Source: Heptranchias perlo (lineage: Eukaryota). From it: 64,000 nucleotides of DNA. The stretch is taken from NCBI RefSeq assembly GCF_035084215.1, contig NC_090332.1, positions 1,674,001-1,738,000 on the forward strand. The letters run 5' to 3'. The notes under the pieces are model-generated. The model had not been told where the DNA came from. It worked only from the letters and a program-made list of their open reading frames with translations, and ran no database searches. A program made the position numbers and the translations under genes. Positions within the stretch are counted from its first letter, which is position 1, and each line of letters starts with the position of its first letter. Positions 51,066 through 63,044 of this stretch are shown piece after piece.

Positions 51066-53009
51066 ATGGTTATTTAGAATTTTATGAAGATCCTTGAATC
51101 TACAATTTTGTGATTCTGAGGTGAGAGTTCTACCAACTGAGCCAAGCTGGCACTCACATAAATTTTATATAATAAATATAATTAACTTGTTAGATTAATA
51201 CATCTCCAAGTACTTCACGTACAACGAATCAGTTTGAAGTTCAGCGACTGTCGATCAACATTGTAACTGTTTTATGCCAGCAACGGTCCCCGAAGATTAA
51301 TGAGATGATTGATTGGTGTTGGTGTTTTGTGATGGTGTTGATTGAAGAATCAGTGATGGTCAGGACACCAGGGCATGGCCTACTGCTTTTACAATCTACT
51401 TGGGACCTTTAATATTCAACTGAAGCACCAAATTGGAAGGGTGCGGCCTCAATGTACCAGCTCATCTGATGGCCAGCACTCTGACGATGCAGCCTCCTCT
51501 CTGTGCTGCACCAGAATGTCAGCTTAGATTGAGAGCTCAAAACCCTGCAATGGTTCTTAAAGCCACCGCTTTCTGACCTAAGTGTGAGGGTGCACCCAAC
51601 TGAGCCAAGCTGACACATTAGCCACGCCGCTGCTGCAGAATCTCGCCCTGTTTAATACATAGAAAACGATGAGGAGCATTCCCAGTGATTTCCCGATCTG
51701 CTGACACGAAGGCTGAGTCTGTCTGCAGGAAGTGTGGTTTTGTAAATTATCCTGAATTCAGTTTTGCCTTCTCAGAACAACAGTTGCAAACAAAGCACAC
51801 GGAGCAGAAGAGGAGAAGTGGGCTTGTCCAAACCAAAGTCCCTATTGTCAGGATATTGTGATGACTTGTGAGTGAGTGCACAGTGTCCTATAGAGCCAGT
51901 GGCATAAACATGTGCTGATCTACTGACAGAGGAACACTCCGTGAACCCAGTCTGAGGCATCGCCAAGATAGAAACTGCAACCTCTAATTAAAGGCTTCTC
52001 ACTTCTGTAACGAGTTTAGAATTTTACAAACCAGCCAAAAGGTCACGTTATTTGCTAAACCTGTCAAACACTGGGGCATACTTTCTGTCTGGTTATTTAA
52101 CAAGTTAACTTTTGTGTTATAAAAGCACACGGGGGATTTAGTACAAATATGTCACATGTTCTAGGGAAGAGCATCAGTTAGAAATTATACCCCATTATTC
52201 TTGAGAGCTCAGAAAGTCTGATGAACTTGTTTAAAGCCTGGATTATGAACTCAAGTCACCAGAGTGAGGCTTGAACTCACAACCGTCTGACTCAGAGGCA
52301 GGAGAGCTACGCACTGAGCCATGGATGACACCTGGCTCTGTGGCAGGTAGCACTCTGGCCTTTGAGAGAAGGAGAAGGATTAGCTATGAGTGAGAAGTGA
52401 GAACAGAGAGAGATGAGTGGCCGGTGAGTTCAGCTGCAGTTTGTCCTGTAGAGTGTGTGGGGTGAGGTATAAGTAAGAAGGGAAAAAGAAGCCGATACAG
52501 TGAGAAGAAACCCTGCACAATGTCTCCTTTAGCACAAAAGTGCCCGTGGGATTGTAGGAGAGTGAAGGGAAGCGGGGGAGGGGAGTGTTGTGAGTAGTGA
52601 GGCTGGAGATGTGAGGAGAGTAATGAAGGTGAGTGGTAAGATTCTTACCTTGACAACTCTGGTGAGGTCATTGAACTTTTTGCAGCATTGCAGCCAATCC
52701 ACTGTCTGGAGCAGGGCTTCCAATGTAGCATCGGAGAACCTGGGCTCTGATCTGCTGCACTTGCAGCCATTTCTGTGTCAACAATGTCTGCAGCCAGAGT
52801 GCGCCTCCTCTTTAAGAGGTGCAGGCCACCTTTAAGTGACTACAAAGATGTCCAATTTCCTGCCCTCCTAAGCAGGCGCTCATACAATGAACAGCATGCG
52901 GACAGCTGGCTACACACTTGTGTCAAAATAATAACCTCCAACCTCCCACCATCAGTTTTACATAGTCCCTGGGACCACATGAACAGGCAGGTGCAGTGCA
53001 AATCAAGAG

Positions 53010-53885
53010 AGCTTTGAAAGATTATGACTGACGCTTCTGCAATTTGCTCACCTACATCTTTCAATGCCCTGGGGTGGCATCCATCAGGTCCTGGCTATTT
53101 GTCTATTTTAAATCCCATTATTTTCTCCATTACCATTTTTTTTAACTTATCCATTAAGTTCCTCCCTTTGATTTATTTTTAGTTTCTCTTCCATCCTCTT
53201 CCTACTGTGAAAATGGATGTAAAATACTTGTTTAATAAACCTGTCATTACCTTTTGGTCTATTACTGTACCACCTGCGTCAGTTTTAATGGGCCCTCATC
53301 TCCCTTAGCCACTCTGGTACTTTTAATCTATTTATAAAAACTTTTACTATTAGCCTTTATATTACTTGCAATTTTTGCATATTCCCTTTTTGCAGCTCTT
53401 AATATTTTCTGTGTCCCTTTGTTGCTTTCTATATTTGTCCATTTGATTACCACTTTTGTGTAAACCACTTCCTTAAACTTTATATTGTGTCCTACCTCAT
53501 GTGATGACCAGATTTGCTTGACTCTGCAAATGGAACCGTTGCTGTTTCGGGTATGTATTCTATTGTATTATACTAAATACTACTTTGAATACCTCCCACT
53601 GTTTTTCTGTAGGTTTACCTGTCAGCACCTCAGCCCAGTTTAATGTGTTCAGCTGAAGTCTCACTCCTTCAAAATCAACCTCATTTAAGTTTAAAACCTT
53701 GGTTTGTGTGTGATCTTTCTCCATCTCAAACTTGCAAATGTCAAACTCTATCATGTTAGGGTCGCTGTTTGCGAGATGCTCCCTTACTGTCAGATTATTA
53801 ATTAATTCTGACTTGTTAATCATTACTAAATCTAATATGACCTGTTGGTTCTACAACACATTCAGAAAACTGTCCTGCGTACACA
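53010..53885 (-). mobile_element. Old CR1 ORF2 fragment (endonuclease end and linker)
   Basis: ELINNLTVREHLANSDPNMIEF...WEVFK and MKDVGEQIAEASVIIFQSSL parallel the 39209-41473 ORF. Confidence 0.75.
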
Positions 53886-54019
53886 CAGAAATTCATTGCC
53901 ATGTGGGAGCACATCCATGTGGAACTCTGCCACCGATTCTGATAATAAGCTCTCAGCAGCATCAGTGAATGTACATATGGAAGGGCTCAGATCAGGTTGG
54001 AAACTAGAGCTATCCATTT

Positions 54020-54380
54020 AGTCCCACACCCCAGCTTCTTCCCCATAACCCAGCAAATTAATCCTCTTCAAGTACATGTCCAATTGCCTTTTGAAAGTTC
54101 CTCTGGAATCTGCTTCCACCACCCTTTCAGGTAGTGTGTCCCAGATCTTCACAACCCTCTGTGTGAAAAACATTCTCTCATTTCCCCTCTAGTTTTTTAC
54201 CAATTATTTTAAATCTACGACCTCTGGTTACCGACCCACTTTCCAGAGGAGATAGTTTCTCCCTATTTGCTCTATCAAAAACCCTCATTATTTTGAACAC
54301 CTCTATTAAATCTCCCCTTAACCTTCTCTGCTCTGAGGAGAACAATCCCAGCTTCTCCGGTCTCTCCACATTCCTGTGAA
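54020..54380 (-). mobile_element. CR1 3' fragment
   Basis: EKLGLFSSEQRRLRGDLIEVFKIM. Confidence 0.88.
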
Positions 54381-55047
54381 TACATTGCAAAGTGGTGCAA
54401 AAAAAATATTGCTTTAACACACTTTTTACGTAGAAATAGCAATTTAAGCCGATTACAGAGAAAGTGTCCAAATCTTGCTCCACTTGGACTTTTCCAAGGG
54501 CTGGGCTGGTGCTTTGCACAACTTGGTCCGTGAAGATCGACTAATGTCAGCACAGACGCTGCCAGCACAAGAACAGTGGAAAGAAAAATCTCCAGAGCCT
54601 AGAAATTACTGTTGCTGATATCAGCATACGAACGGTTAACACAAACATATGTTATTCCTCTGGCTGCTATTTTAGTGGAGGTATGAGTACATTTATAACA
54701 GGAAACCCATACCAAGATAGAAGGTGCTGGCCCACCTACTTTAGAAGCAGTAATTATTAGACACGGGCATTACAGAAGGAAGCCCCCATCTGTACTGAGT
54801 CAGGCGAAGCTTGTTGTGGGGAATGAAGAATTCTCCTGGAGGTGAGGAGGTGGTTTGGGATTTGCGTATCACAGAGGGTTTGGTGGCTGCTGCCTGAAGT
54901 GGATATTTGTTTTAAATTCAGAGCTTCCTTAGTCCACAGAGCCCCATAAAACCATCTGAATGAAGAAAAATATATATATATATATATTTAGACACGAGAA
55001 TCTGGCAGAGTGTAACATTCTGCAGGATGGGAGCCGCACCAGATCAC

Positions 55048-55345
55048 AACAACAACAACATGCATTTATATAGCGCCTTTAACGTAGTAAAACGTCCCAA
55101 GGTGCTTCATGTAAGGAGATATTAGGACAGGTGACCAGAAGCCTGGTCAAAGGGGTAGGTTTTAAGGAGGGTCTTAAAGGAGCAGAGAGGGACCGAGAGG
55201 TTTAGGGAGGGAATTCCAGAGCTTAGGGCCCGGGCAGCTGAAGGCACGGCCGCCAATGGTGGAGCGATTAAAATCGGGGATGCGCAAAAGGCCAGAATTG
55301 GAGGAGCGCAGAGATCTCGGAGGGTTGTAGGGTTGGATGGATGGA
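55048..55345 (-). mobile_element. L2-type LINE 3' fragment with (TTG)n tail
   Basis: Reverse complement of 28260-28546; CAACAACAACA at 55048-55060. Confidence 0.82.
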
Positions 55346-55965
55346 GGTTAGGGAACAACCTTTGCGTGTCTGGGCCTAGATAGCCTGATCTCACTCTTTT
55401 TTGAACATTGAGGAATATTCCAACTCACTAACAAGGAGACTGTAAGGGAATAGATTAACTAACAGAGACTTTGTTTGAATTCCAGACCTGTATTAGCCAA
55501 AGTCTATTGCTAAACTTTGTTTGTCCCTGTGTTGCCAACCTGCTCCTCTCAGTGAGTGTAGTAGATCACCCTGCAATTGGTGACACTCCCTTAGGAGCAG
55601 GATTTAAACTTTAAATCTCCTTCTGCCTGCCACAGCAAGCTGCATGGCCGGAATAGGCCAATGTCCGTAGCATCTGCCAGTTCCCTTTATTAATTTCTTC
55701 ACATGCTGTGGTCAATGGAGTCCATCCCTAGTGGACCTGAGAAGGTGGTGATGACCCTTCTCCTGGGACCTCTGCATTCCTTGTGGTGGTGGTGCTCCCA
55801 CAATGGTCAGTCTGACAGCTCACCTCAGGATGGGTGTGGTAACCTCGAGATTATGGTCCAGATGTGACCTGAGGCCGGCATGTGGGTACCTCAGGTAGGT
55901 CCTGGGGGGAGGGGGGGGGAGGTGGAAGGAGCCAACCGGGAGGCGAGGGCGATAGTGAGGGGGAT

Positions 55966-58117
55966 AAAAGAAAGAAAGATTTTCACAACCTCAGGACATC
56001 CCAAAGCACTTTGCAACCAATGAAGTATGGTCACTGTTGTAATGCAGGAGCCAACTTGCACACAGCAAGCTCCCACAAACAGAAATGTGATAATGACCAG
56101 ATAGTCTGTTTTAGTGATTAATATTGGCCAAGACACCAGGGAGAACTCCCCTGCTCTTCTTTGAAATAGTGGCCATGGGATTTTTTACATCCACCTGAGA
56201 GGGCAGATAGGGCCTCTCAGGTGGATGTAAAAAATGCAGTGGAGCCGGCAGATGTAGGAGGGGTTCTAAATGAATTTTTTGCATCTGTTTTCACTATGGA
56301 GAAGGACGATGTAGACATAGAAATACGGCAGGGGGACTGTGATATACTCGAACATATTAACATCGAGCGGGAGGAGGTATTGGCGGTTTTAGCAGGCCTA
56401 AAAATGGATAAATCCCCAGGCCCGGACGAAATGTATCCCAGGCTACTGTGTGAGGCAAAGGAGGAGATTGTGGGGGCTCTGACACATATATTCAGAACCT
56501 CTCTGGCCACAGGGGATGTGCCAGAGGACTGGAGAACCGCTAATGTAATACCATTATTCAAGAAGGGGAGTAGGGAAAAACCGGGGAACTACAGGCCAGT
56601 GAGCCTAACATCAGTGGTAGGAAAATTATTGGAAAAAATTCTGAAGGACAAAATTAGTCTCCACTTGGAGAAGCAAGGATTAATCAGGGATAGTCAACAT
56701 GGCTTTGTCAAGGGAAGATCATGTCTGACTAATTTGATTGAATTTTTTGAGGGGGTGACTAGGCGTGTGGATGAGGGTAACGCAGTGGATGTGGTATACA
56801 TGGATTTCAGTAAGGCCTTCGATAAAGTCCCCCACAGGAGACTGGTCAAGAAGGTACGAGCCCATGGAATCCAGGGTGCCTTGGCACTTTGGATACAAAA
56901 CTGGCTTAGTGGCAGAAGGCAGAGGGTGATGGTCGAAGGTTGTTTTTGTGACTGGAAGCCTGTGGCCAGTGGGGTACCACAGGGATCGGTGCTGGGTCCC
57001 TTGCTGTTTGTGGTCTACATTAACGACTTGGATATGAATGTAAAAGGTATGATCAGTAAGTTCGCTGATGATACAAAGATTGGTAGGGTGGTAAATAGCG
57101 AGGAGGATAGCCTCAGTCTGCAGGACGATATAGATGGGTTGGTCAGATGGGCGGAACAGTGGCAAATGGAATTTAACCCGGAAAAGTGCGAGGTGATGCA
57201 CTTTGGAGGGACTAACAAGGCAAGGGAATACACAATGAATGGGATCTTGGTGTGCAAGTTCACAGATCCCTGAAGGCGGCGGAACAGGTAGATAAGGTGG
57301 TAAAGAAGGCATATGGGATACTTGCCTTTATTAGCCGAGGCATAGAATATAAGAGCAAGGAGGTTATGATGGAGCTGTATAAAACACTGGTTAGGCCACA
57401 GCTGGAGTACTGTGTGCAGTTCTGGTCGCCACACTACAGGAAGGATGTGATCGCTTTGGAGAGGGTGCAGAGGAGATTCACCAGGATGTTACCAGGGCTG
57501 GAGCGCTTCAGCTATGATGAGAGACTGGGAAGATTGGGTTTGTTTTCCTTGGAGCAGAGGAGGCTGAGGGGGGACATGATTGAGGTGTACAAAATTATGA
57601 GGGGCACAGATAGGATGGATACTCAGGAGCTTTTTCCCTTCGTTGAGGGTTCTATAACAAGGGGACATAGATTCAAGGTAAAAGGCGGGAGGTTTAGAGG
57701 GGATTTTAGAAAGAACTTTTTCACCCAGAGGGTGGTTGGAGTCTGGAACTCACTGTCTGAAAGGGTTGTGGAGGCAGGAACCCTCACAGTATTCAAGAAG
57801 CATTTGGATGAGCACTTGAAATGCCATAGCATACAAGGCTACGGACCAAATGCTGGAATATGGGATTAGAGTAGACAGGGCTGATGGCCGGCGCGGACAC
57901 GATGGGCCGAAGGGCCTCTATCCATGCTGTATAACTCTATGACTCTATGACTCTATCTCATCTGAAAGACAGCACCTCTGACAGTGCAGCACTCCCTCTG
58001 TACTGCCACTGGGAGTATCAGCCCGGATTTTGTACTCAAGTCTCTGGAGTGGGACTTGAATCCATAACCTTCTAACTCAGAGGAGAGAGCACTACCCACT
58101 GAGCCATGGCTGACACT
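55966..58117 (-). mobile_element. Deu-domain SINE split by a CR1 insertion (55966-56216 and 57957-58117)
   Basis: The halves join to match 21501-21946. Confidence 0.82.
56236..57956 (+). mobile_element. CR1 LINE, 5'-truncated, with a small internal deletion/frameshift near 57245
   Basis: ORFs 56221-57273 and 57252-57869 carry the RT and C-terminal motifs; tail (ACTCTATG)n. Confidence 0.96.
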
Positions 58118-58118
58118 G

Positions 58119-58286
58119 AGGGAGGGGGTGATTGTGAGGGGGATGGAGGTGATCGGGAGGGAGGGGGTGATTGTGAGGGGGATGGAGGTGATCAGGAGGG
58201 AGGGGGTGATTGTGAGGGGGATGGAGGTGATTGGGAGGGAGGGGGTGATTGTGAGGGGGATGGAGGTGATCGGGAGGGAGGGAGGG
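58119..58286. repeat. 39-bp G-rich minisatellite, ~4 copies
   Basis: GGGAGGGAGGGGGTGATTGTGAGGGGGATGGAGGTGATC. Confidence 0.92.
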
Positions 58287-58794
58287 GTCGAACGGGTGTG
58301 GGGGAGGGGATTAGGGAATTTCAGGGAATATACGGCAGGACTTGACCAATGAGCAGGGCACCAGAGGCGGCTGGTATCAGGGAGGAGGGAGCGTGAGAAA
58401 TGTGGGGCTCAGGGCCTCTACTGGGGGCATGGAGTGGGGAAAGCCAGAGGCCAGGGCTGTAATCAAGGGCTGACCTCCATTAAGGTCCCCATCATGCATT
58501 CCCACACATCACTCCAAACCCTGATCCTGCCTGTTTATATGTTTAACTCAACAGATATTTGACCTAGAATTTTAAAGTTATTTTTTATTCAATTATTTCT
58601 ATTTACTCACTCTAACATAGTTTGTTTGATATGAATCAGTAATAAATTAACCCCACTGGTTCAGTATTACAACCTCTTCTCTTTGATTAACACCAAACTT
58701 GTGCTGCCTGGACTGTTCCTTTAAATACTGGGGACATTTTGTAACCTTCAGCCTGGTTTTTAAATTATTGATATTTTTCCCTTAAAATGTGCAG

Positions 58795-59133
58795 CTGTTC
58801 CCATTATTATCCAGTCTCCGAGCCTGGAACGTGTCACAGAGGGTCAGACAGCCCGGTTACAGTGCACCATGCGGGAGACCACAGTGAGAGACGTCGATGT
58901 CCACTGGTACCGGCAACTACCAGGGCAAGATATGGAGTGGGTTTTAACACACGATGTAATGAACAACACACGAGGGGGCCCAGGGTTCACTGACCGTTTC
59001 CAGCCTTCCAGAGACATCGCCAATAACAGCTTCATTCTGACAATCACAAACGTGCAGCCCAATGACACTGCCGTCTATTACTGTAAAATGTGGGGAGATA
59101 TCAGTGGGAATGGAACCCAGCTCAATATAACCA
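58795..59133 (+). CDS. IgSF V-set exon 1 with germline-joined J-like strand
   Basis: TGTGCAG|CT phase 1 to ACCA|GTAAGT phase 1, 339 nt: VPIIIQSPS..GQTARLQC..VHWYRQLPG..DRF..FILTITNVQPNDTAVYYC-KMWGDI-SGNGTQLNIT. Confidence 0.93.
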
Positions 59134-59679
59134 GTAAGTACAATTTACAATATATTAGCCTGAATATAAGAGAATAACCTCTTACAGATGAATTAATTGG
59201 AGATCAGTATCTGATAAACTTCATAAACACCTGTGGTAAATAGGATACAGCTAGTTTATAGAAATAATACACTGGTTAATCTCCTGTGGCTTTGCTCACA
59301 GACAAAATAAAAATTGTGTATCTCTTCTCGTACCTATTTCTCACTCTCAAATTCCTTGTCTTTTCTCTGTCTTTCTGTTTGTCTTCTACTCTCTCTCCCT
59401 CTCATTCAGTGTGCCTCAGTGTTTTCACTGTGCTGTCTTTAACTCTATGTGTCTGATTGTTTTTCTAACTCTGTCATTCTTTCTCTAAGTCTGTACTTTG
59501 CTCTATCTCATCCTCCTCTGTATCTCTCCCGTTCTCTCTATAATGAGCATATCATTTTCACACATCCTTTAAGGATGTGGCCAATATCTGTGTCACATGT
59601 TTATTAAAGCCCTGGGTACACTTGCGAGACAATCTCAATTTTCTCAGCACTCCTCATATGCAGAGAAGTGTCTCAAAGT

Positions 59680-60900
59680 ACTTCAAGAGTAGCGGGTAAA
59701 GAGTTTGCCCCAGGGGGAAAGGGATATAGAGAGGTTGTTATGTGAAAGCATGATTGAAGAGAAAGATGGTATGGAGGCTCCTGAAGACAGCGAATGGGGA
59801 GGAGGTGGGTCCGAATTGAAGGAGGCAAGAGGCAGAGGGTGAGGCATATAGGCTGAAGAAGCAGCTGTCACTGATGGAATGGAGGAGGTGGGAACAAAAA
59901 GTAAGACATGTGAGAGGTGTGGAAGGTGCATGCAGGGACATACAGCTCCCGGCAATCTCTGGGGTGGGATGGTGAGAGATTTGAAGCTTGAGATCTTAAA
60001 TTGAATTCACTGGGGTACAGGGAACCAGGGGAACTTGACGAGGACCAGATGCGATGAGGGTGCAGGCCTCGGAGTGGATGGAAATGCTGACTATGGTGTC
60101 TTAGTTGAGTTGTAATTGGTGCAGAGTGGAGTTGGGTGGTTGGCAAGTGGGGTGTAAGAGAAGAGAAGCCTTGAAGTAATAAAGGCAGCAGAAGGGGAGA
60201 GGTGGAGGAAGGAGGCAAAATATCGTGGTCTTGGTAATGGATCAGTTCTGGGCAGGAAACTGAGCTCAGGGTTGAGCAAGTCACCAAAGTTCTGTATAAC
60301 TGGGCTTAGCCTGAAGTGGTGACTGGGACCTTAGTGGCATGTCGGTGTTTGCTGAGCTGAAGAAGATGGCTTCAGTTTTGCCTTTTCATTTAGATGGAGG
60401 AAGTTTTGGCTCGGGACAGGCATTTGGAGAGGCTGGCAACAGCCTTGGAATCAATGGAGGAGGAGGAGAGGCAGAGCTGAGTGATGTTGCTGTATATGTG
60501 AAAGTTGACCATGTTTCTGGATGACGTTGCTGAGGGCTAAATGGTGAAGAGGATGGACCAAGGATGGTGCACTGGGACAAAGCAGAGATGACCATGAAAA
60601 CACTGGAGGAGAAACCACTGGAGGAGATATAAAGCTAATGATGTGACAAGCAAGAGTGGAACCATGAGAGAGCAGTGCCATGGCGATGGACTGTGGAACA
60701 GAGGCTTTTAAGCAGGATGGGATGTCAAAAGGAGCAGAGAGGTCAAAGGGTATGGAGGAGGGACAGACACTTGCCATCACAATCACAAAGGATGTCACTG
60801 TGACGTTGATCAGTGTTATCTCAGTGTTGTGGGTTGGCACTCAGAGGGCTGTGAGGTTTTATGAATGTTTGGCCATGAAAGAAGATTTTGATGAAAAATC
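59680..60900 (-). mobile_element. Highly degraded L2-type LINE
   Basis: Minus-strand remnants such as FDLSAPFD; resembles 15130-15730. Confidence 0.6.
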
Positions 60901-60902
60901 TT

Positions 60903-61072
60903 GAGGTAGATGTTGGCTTTGTGCGATTGTGTAAGACGGGTAACCGTGAGTCAGCAGCCTGTTTCACATCTCTCCCAATTGAAGTCAATGGAAATATAAT
61001 TGGGGAGAGATGTAGAACAGGCCGCCGACTCACAATCACCCGTTTTACACTATCGCACAAAGATCTACCCTC
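60903..61072. mobile_element. Palindromic MITE-like element (~60-bp arms)
   Basis: 60918-60980 is an imperfect reverse complement of 60998-61061; centre TTGAAGTCAATG. Confidence 0.8.
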
Positions 61073-61701
61073 TTGTGACATGCATGTTTGGGACAGCTAC
61101 CTGGCTTAAGAAAACTGCTGTGCAGCATTATCTTGACAGCTTTCTTCACATCTCTCTTGCATATTTGCAGGCAAGTCTGCTGCAAGTTGTTAAGAACATT
61201 AATTCCCACGAGGCTCATTGCACCAGTCTTTCTACGGAAGGTGTCAGAGGACACAGCTCCTTCCTTTCACTTTATCCAACGTGAATTTCGGTGCAGCAAC
61301 AGAATATCTGGAAGTGTGTGTGGTCAAGAAACTACTATTGTGCAGGAATTTTGTAGCTTTAAGCCCTTCCTTTATGTTGCAGATGAGAATGCACCCATTT
61401 AAATGGCTGCCAGAGCCCTTTAATAGAGCGTCAGCTGTAAACGTCATGCAAATGCTCCTTCAGACAGCCCATTCTGTGGGCAGGAACTTGCACTGAATGG
61501 GAAATATACACAAATCTTAGGCGTGCATTCAGCAGATACACTTGCATCACATTGTTCACTCCGAAGTTGTATACAAACAGGAATTTCCCCATTGTAAGGT
61601 TCATTTAACCCTTTGCAGATCATCATTTTAAGCAGGAGAAGATTTTATAAAATGTTGTGCTCCAAGTTGTATTATTATTTTGGGTTCTTTTGAATATTAA
61701 C

Positions 61702-63043
61702 AGTGATGGAAGGTGTCGTCGACAGTGCTATCAAGCGGCACTTACTCACCAATAACCTGCTCACCGATGCTCAGTTTGGGTTCCGCCAGGACCACTCGGC
61801 TCCAGACCTCATTACAGCCTTGGTCCAAACATGGACAAAAGAGCTGAATTCCAGAGGTGAGGTGAGAGTGACTGCCCTTGACATCAAGGCAGCATTTGAC
61901 CGAGTGTGGCACCAAGGAGCCCTAGTAAAATTGAAGTCCATGGGAATCAAGGGGAAAACTCTCCAGTGGCTGGAGTCATACCTAGCACAAAGGAAGATGG
62001 TAGTGGTTGTTGGAGGCCAATCATCTCAGCCCCAGGGCATTGCTGCAGGAGTTCCTCAGGGCAGTGTCCTAGGCCCGACCATCTTCAGCTGCTTCATCAA
62101 TGACCTTCCCTCCATCATAAGGCCAGAAATGGGACTGTTTGCTGATGACTGCACAGTGTTCAGTTCCATTCGCAACCCCTCAGATAATGAAGCAGTCCGA
62201 GCCCGCATGCAGCAAGACCTGGACAACATCCAGGCTTGGGCTCATAAGTGGCAAGTAACATTCGCACCAGATAAGTGCCAGGCAATGACCATCTCCAACA
62301 AGAGAGAGTCTAACCACCTCCCCTTAACATTCAACGGCATTACCATCGCCGAATCCCCCACCATCAACATCCTGGGGGTCACCATTGACCAGAAACTTAA
62401 CTGGACCAGCCATATAAATACTGTGGCTACGAGAGCAGGTCAGAGGCTGGGTATTCTGCGGCGAGTGACTCACCTCCTGACTCCCCAAAGCCTTTCCACC
62501 ATCTACAAGGCACAAGTCAGGAGTGTGATGGAATACTGTCCACTTGCCTGGATGAGTGCAGCTCCAACAACACTCAAGAAGCTCGACACCATCCAAGATA
62601 AAGCAGCCCGCTTGATTGGCACCCCATCCACCACCCTAAACATTCACTCCCTTCACCACCGGCGCACAGTGGCTGCAGTGTGCACCATCCACAGGATGCA
62701 CTGCAGCAACTCGCCAAGGCTTCTTCGACAGCACCTCCCAAACCCGCGACCTCTACCACCTAGAAGGACAAGGGCAGCAGGCACATGGGAACAACATCAC
62801 CTGCACGTTCCCCTCCAAGTCACACACCATCCCGACTTGGAAATATATCGCCGTTCCTTCATTGTCGCTGGGTCAAAATCCTGGAACTCCCTTCCTAACA
62901 GCACTGTGGGAGAACCGTCACCACACGGACTGCAGCGGTTCAAGAAGGCGGCTCACCACCACCTTCTCAAGGGCAATTAGGGATGGGCAATAAATGCCGG
63001 CCTTGCCAGCGACGCCCACATCCCGTGAACGAATAAAAAAAAA
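61702..63043 (+). mobile_element. Young LINE family B copy, uninterrupted 425-codon RT ORF, inserted at the V2 splice acceptor
   Basis: ORF 61703-62980 (QFGFR, AFDRVWH, GVPQGSVLGP, FADD, HHHLLKGN*), tail GAATAAAAAAAAA; AG on both sides. Confidence 0.96.
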
Positions 63044-63044
63044 G

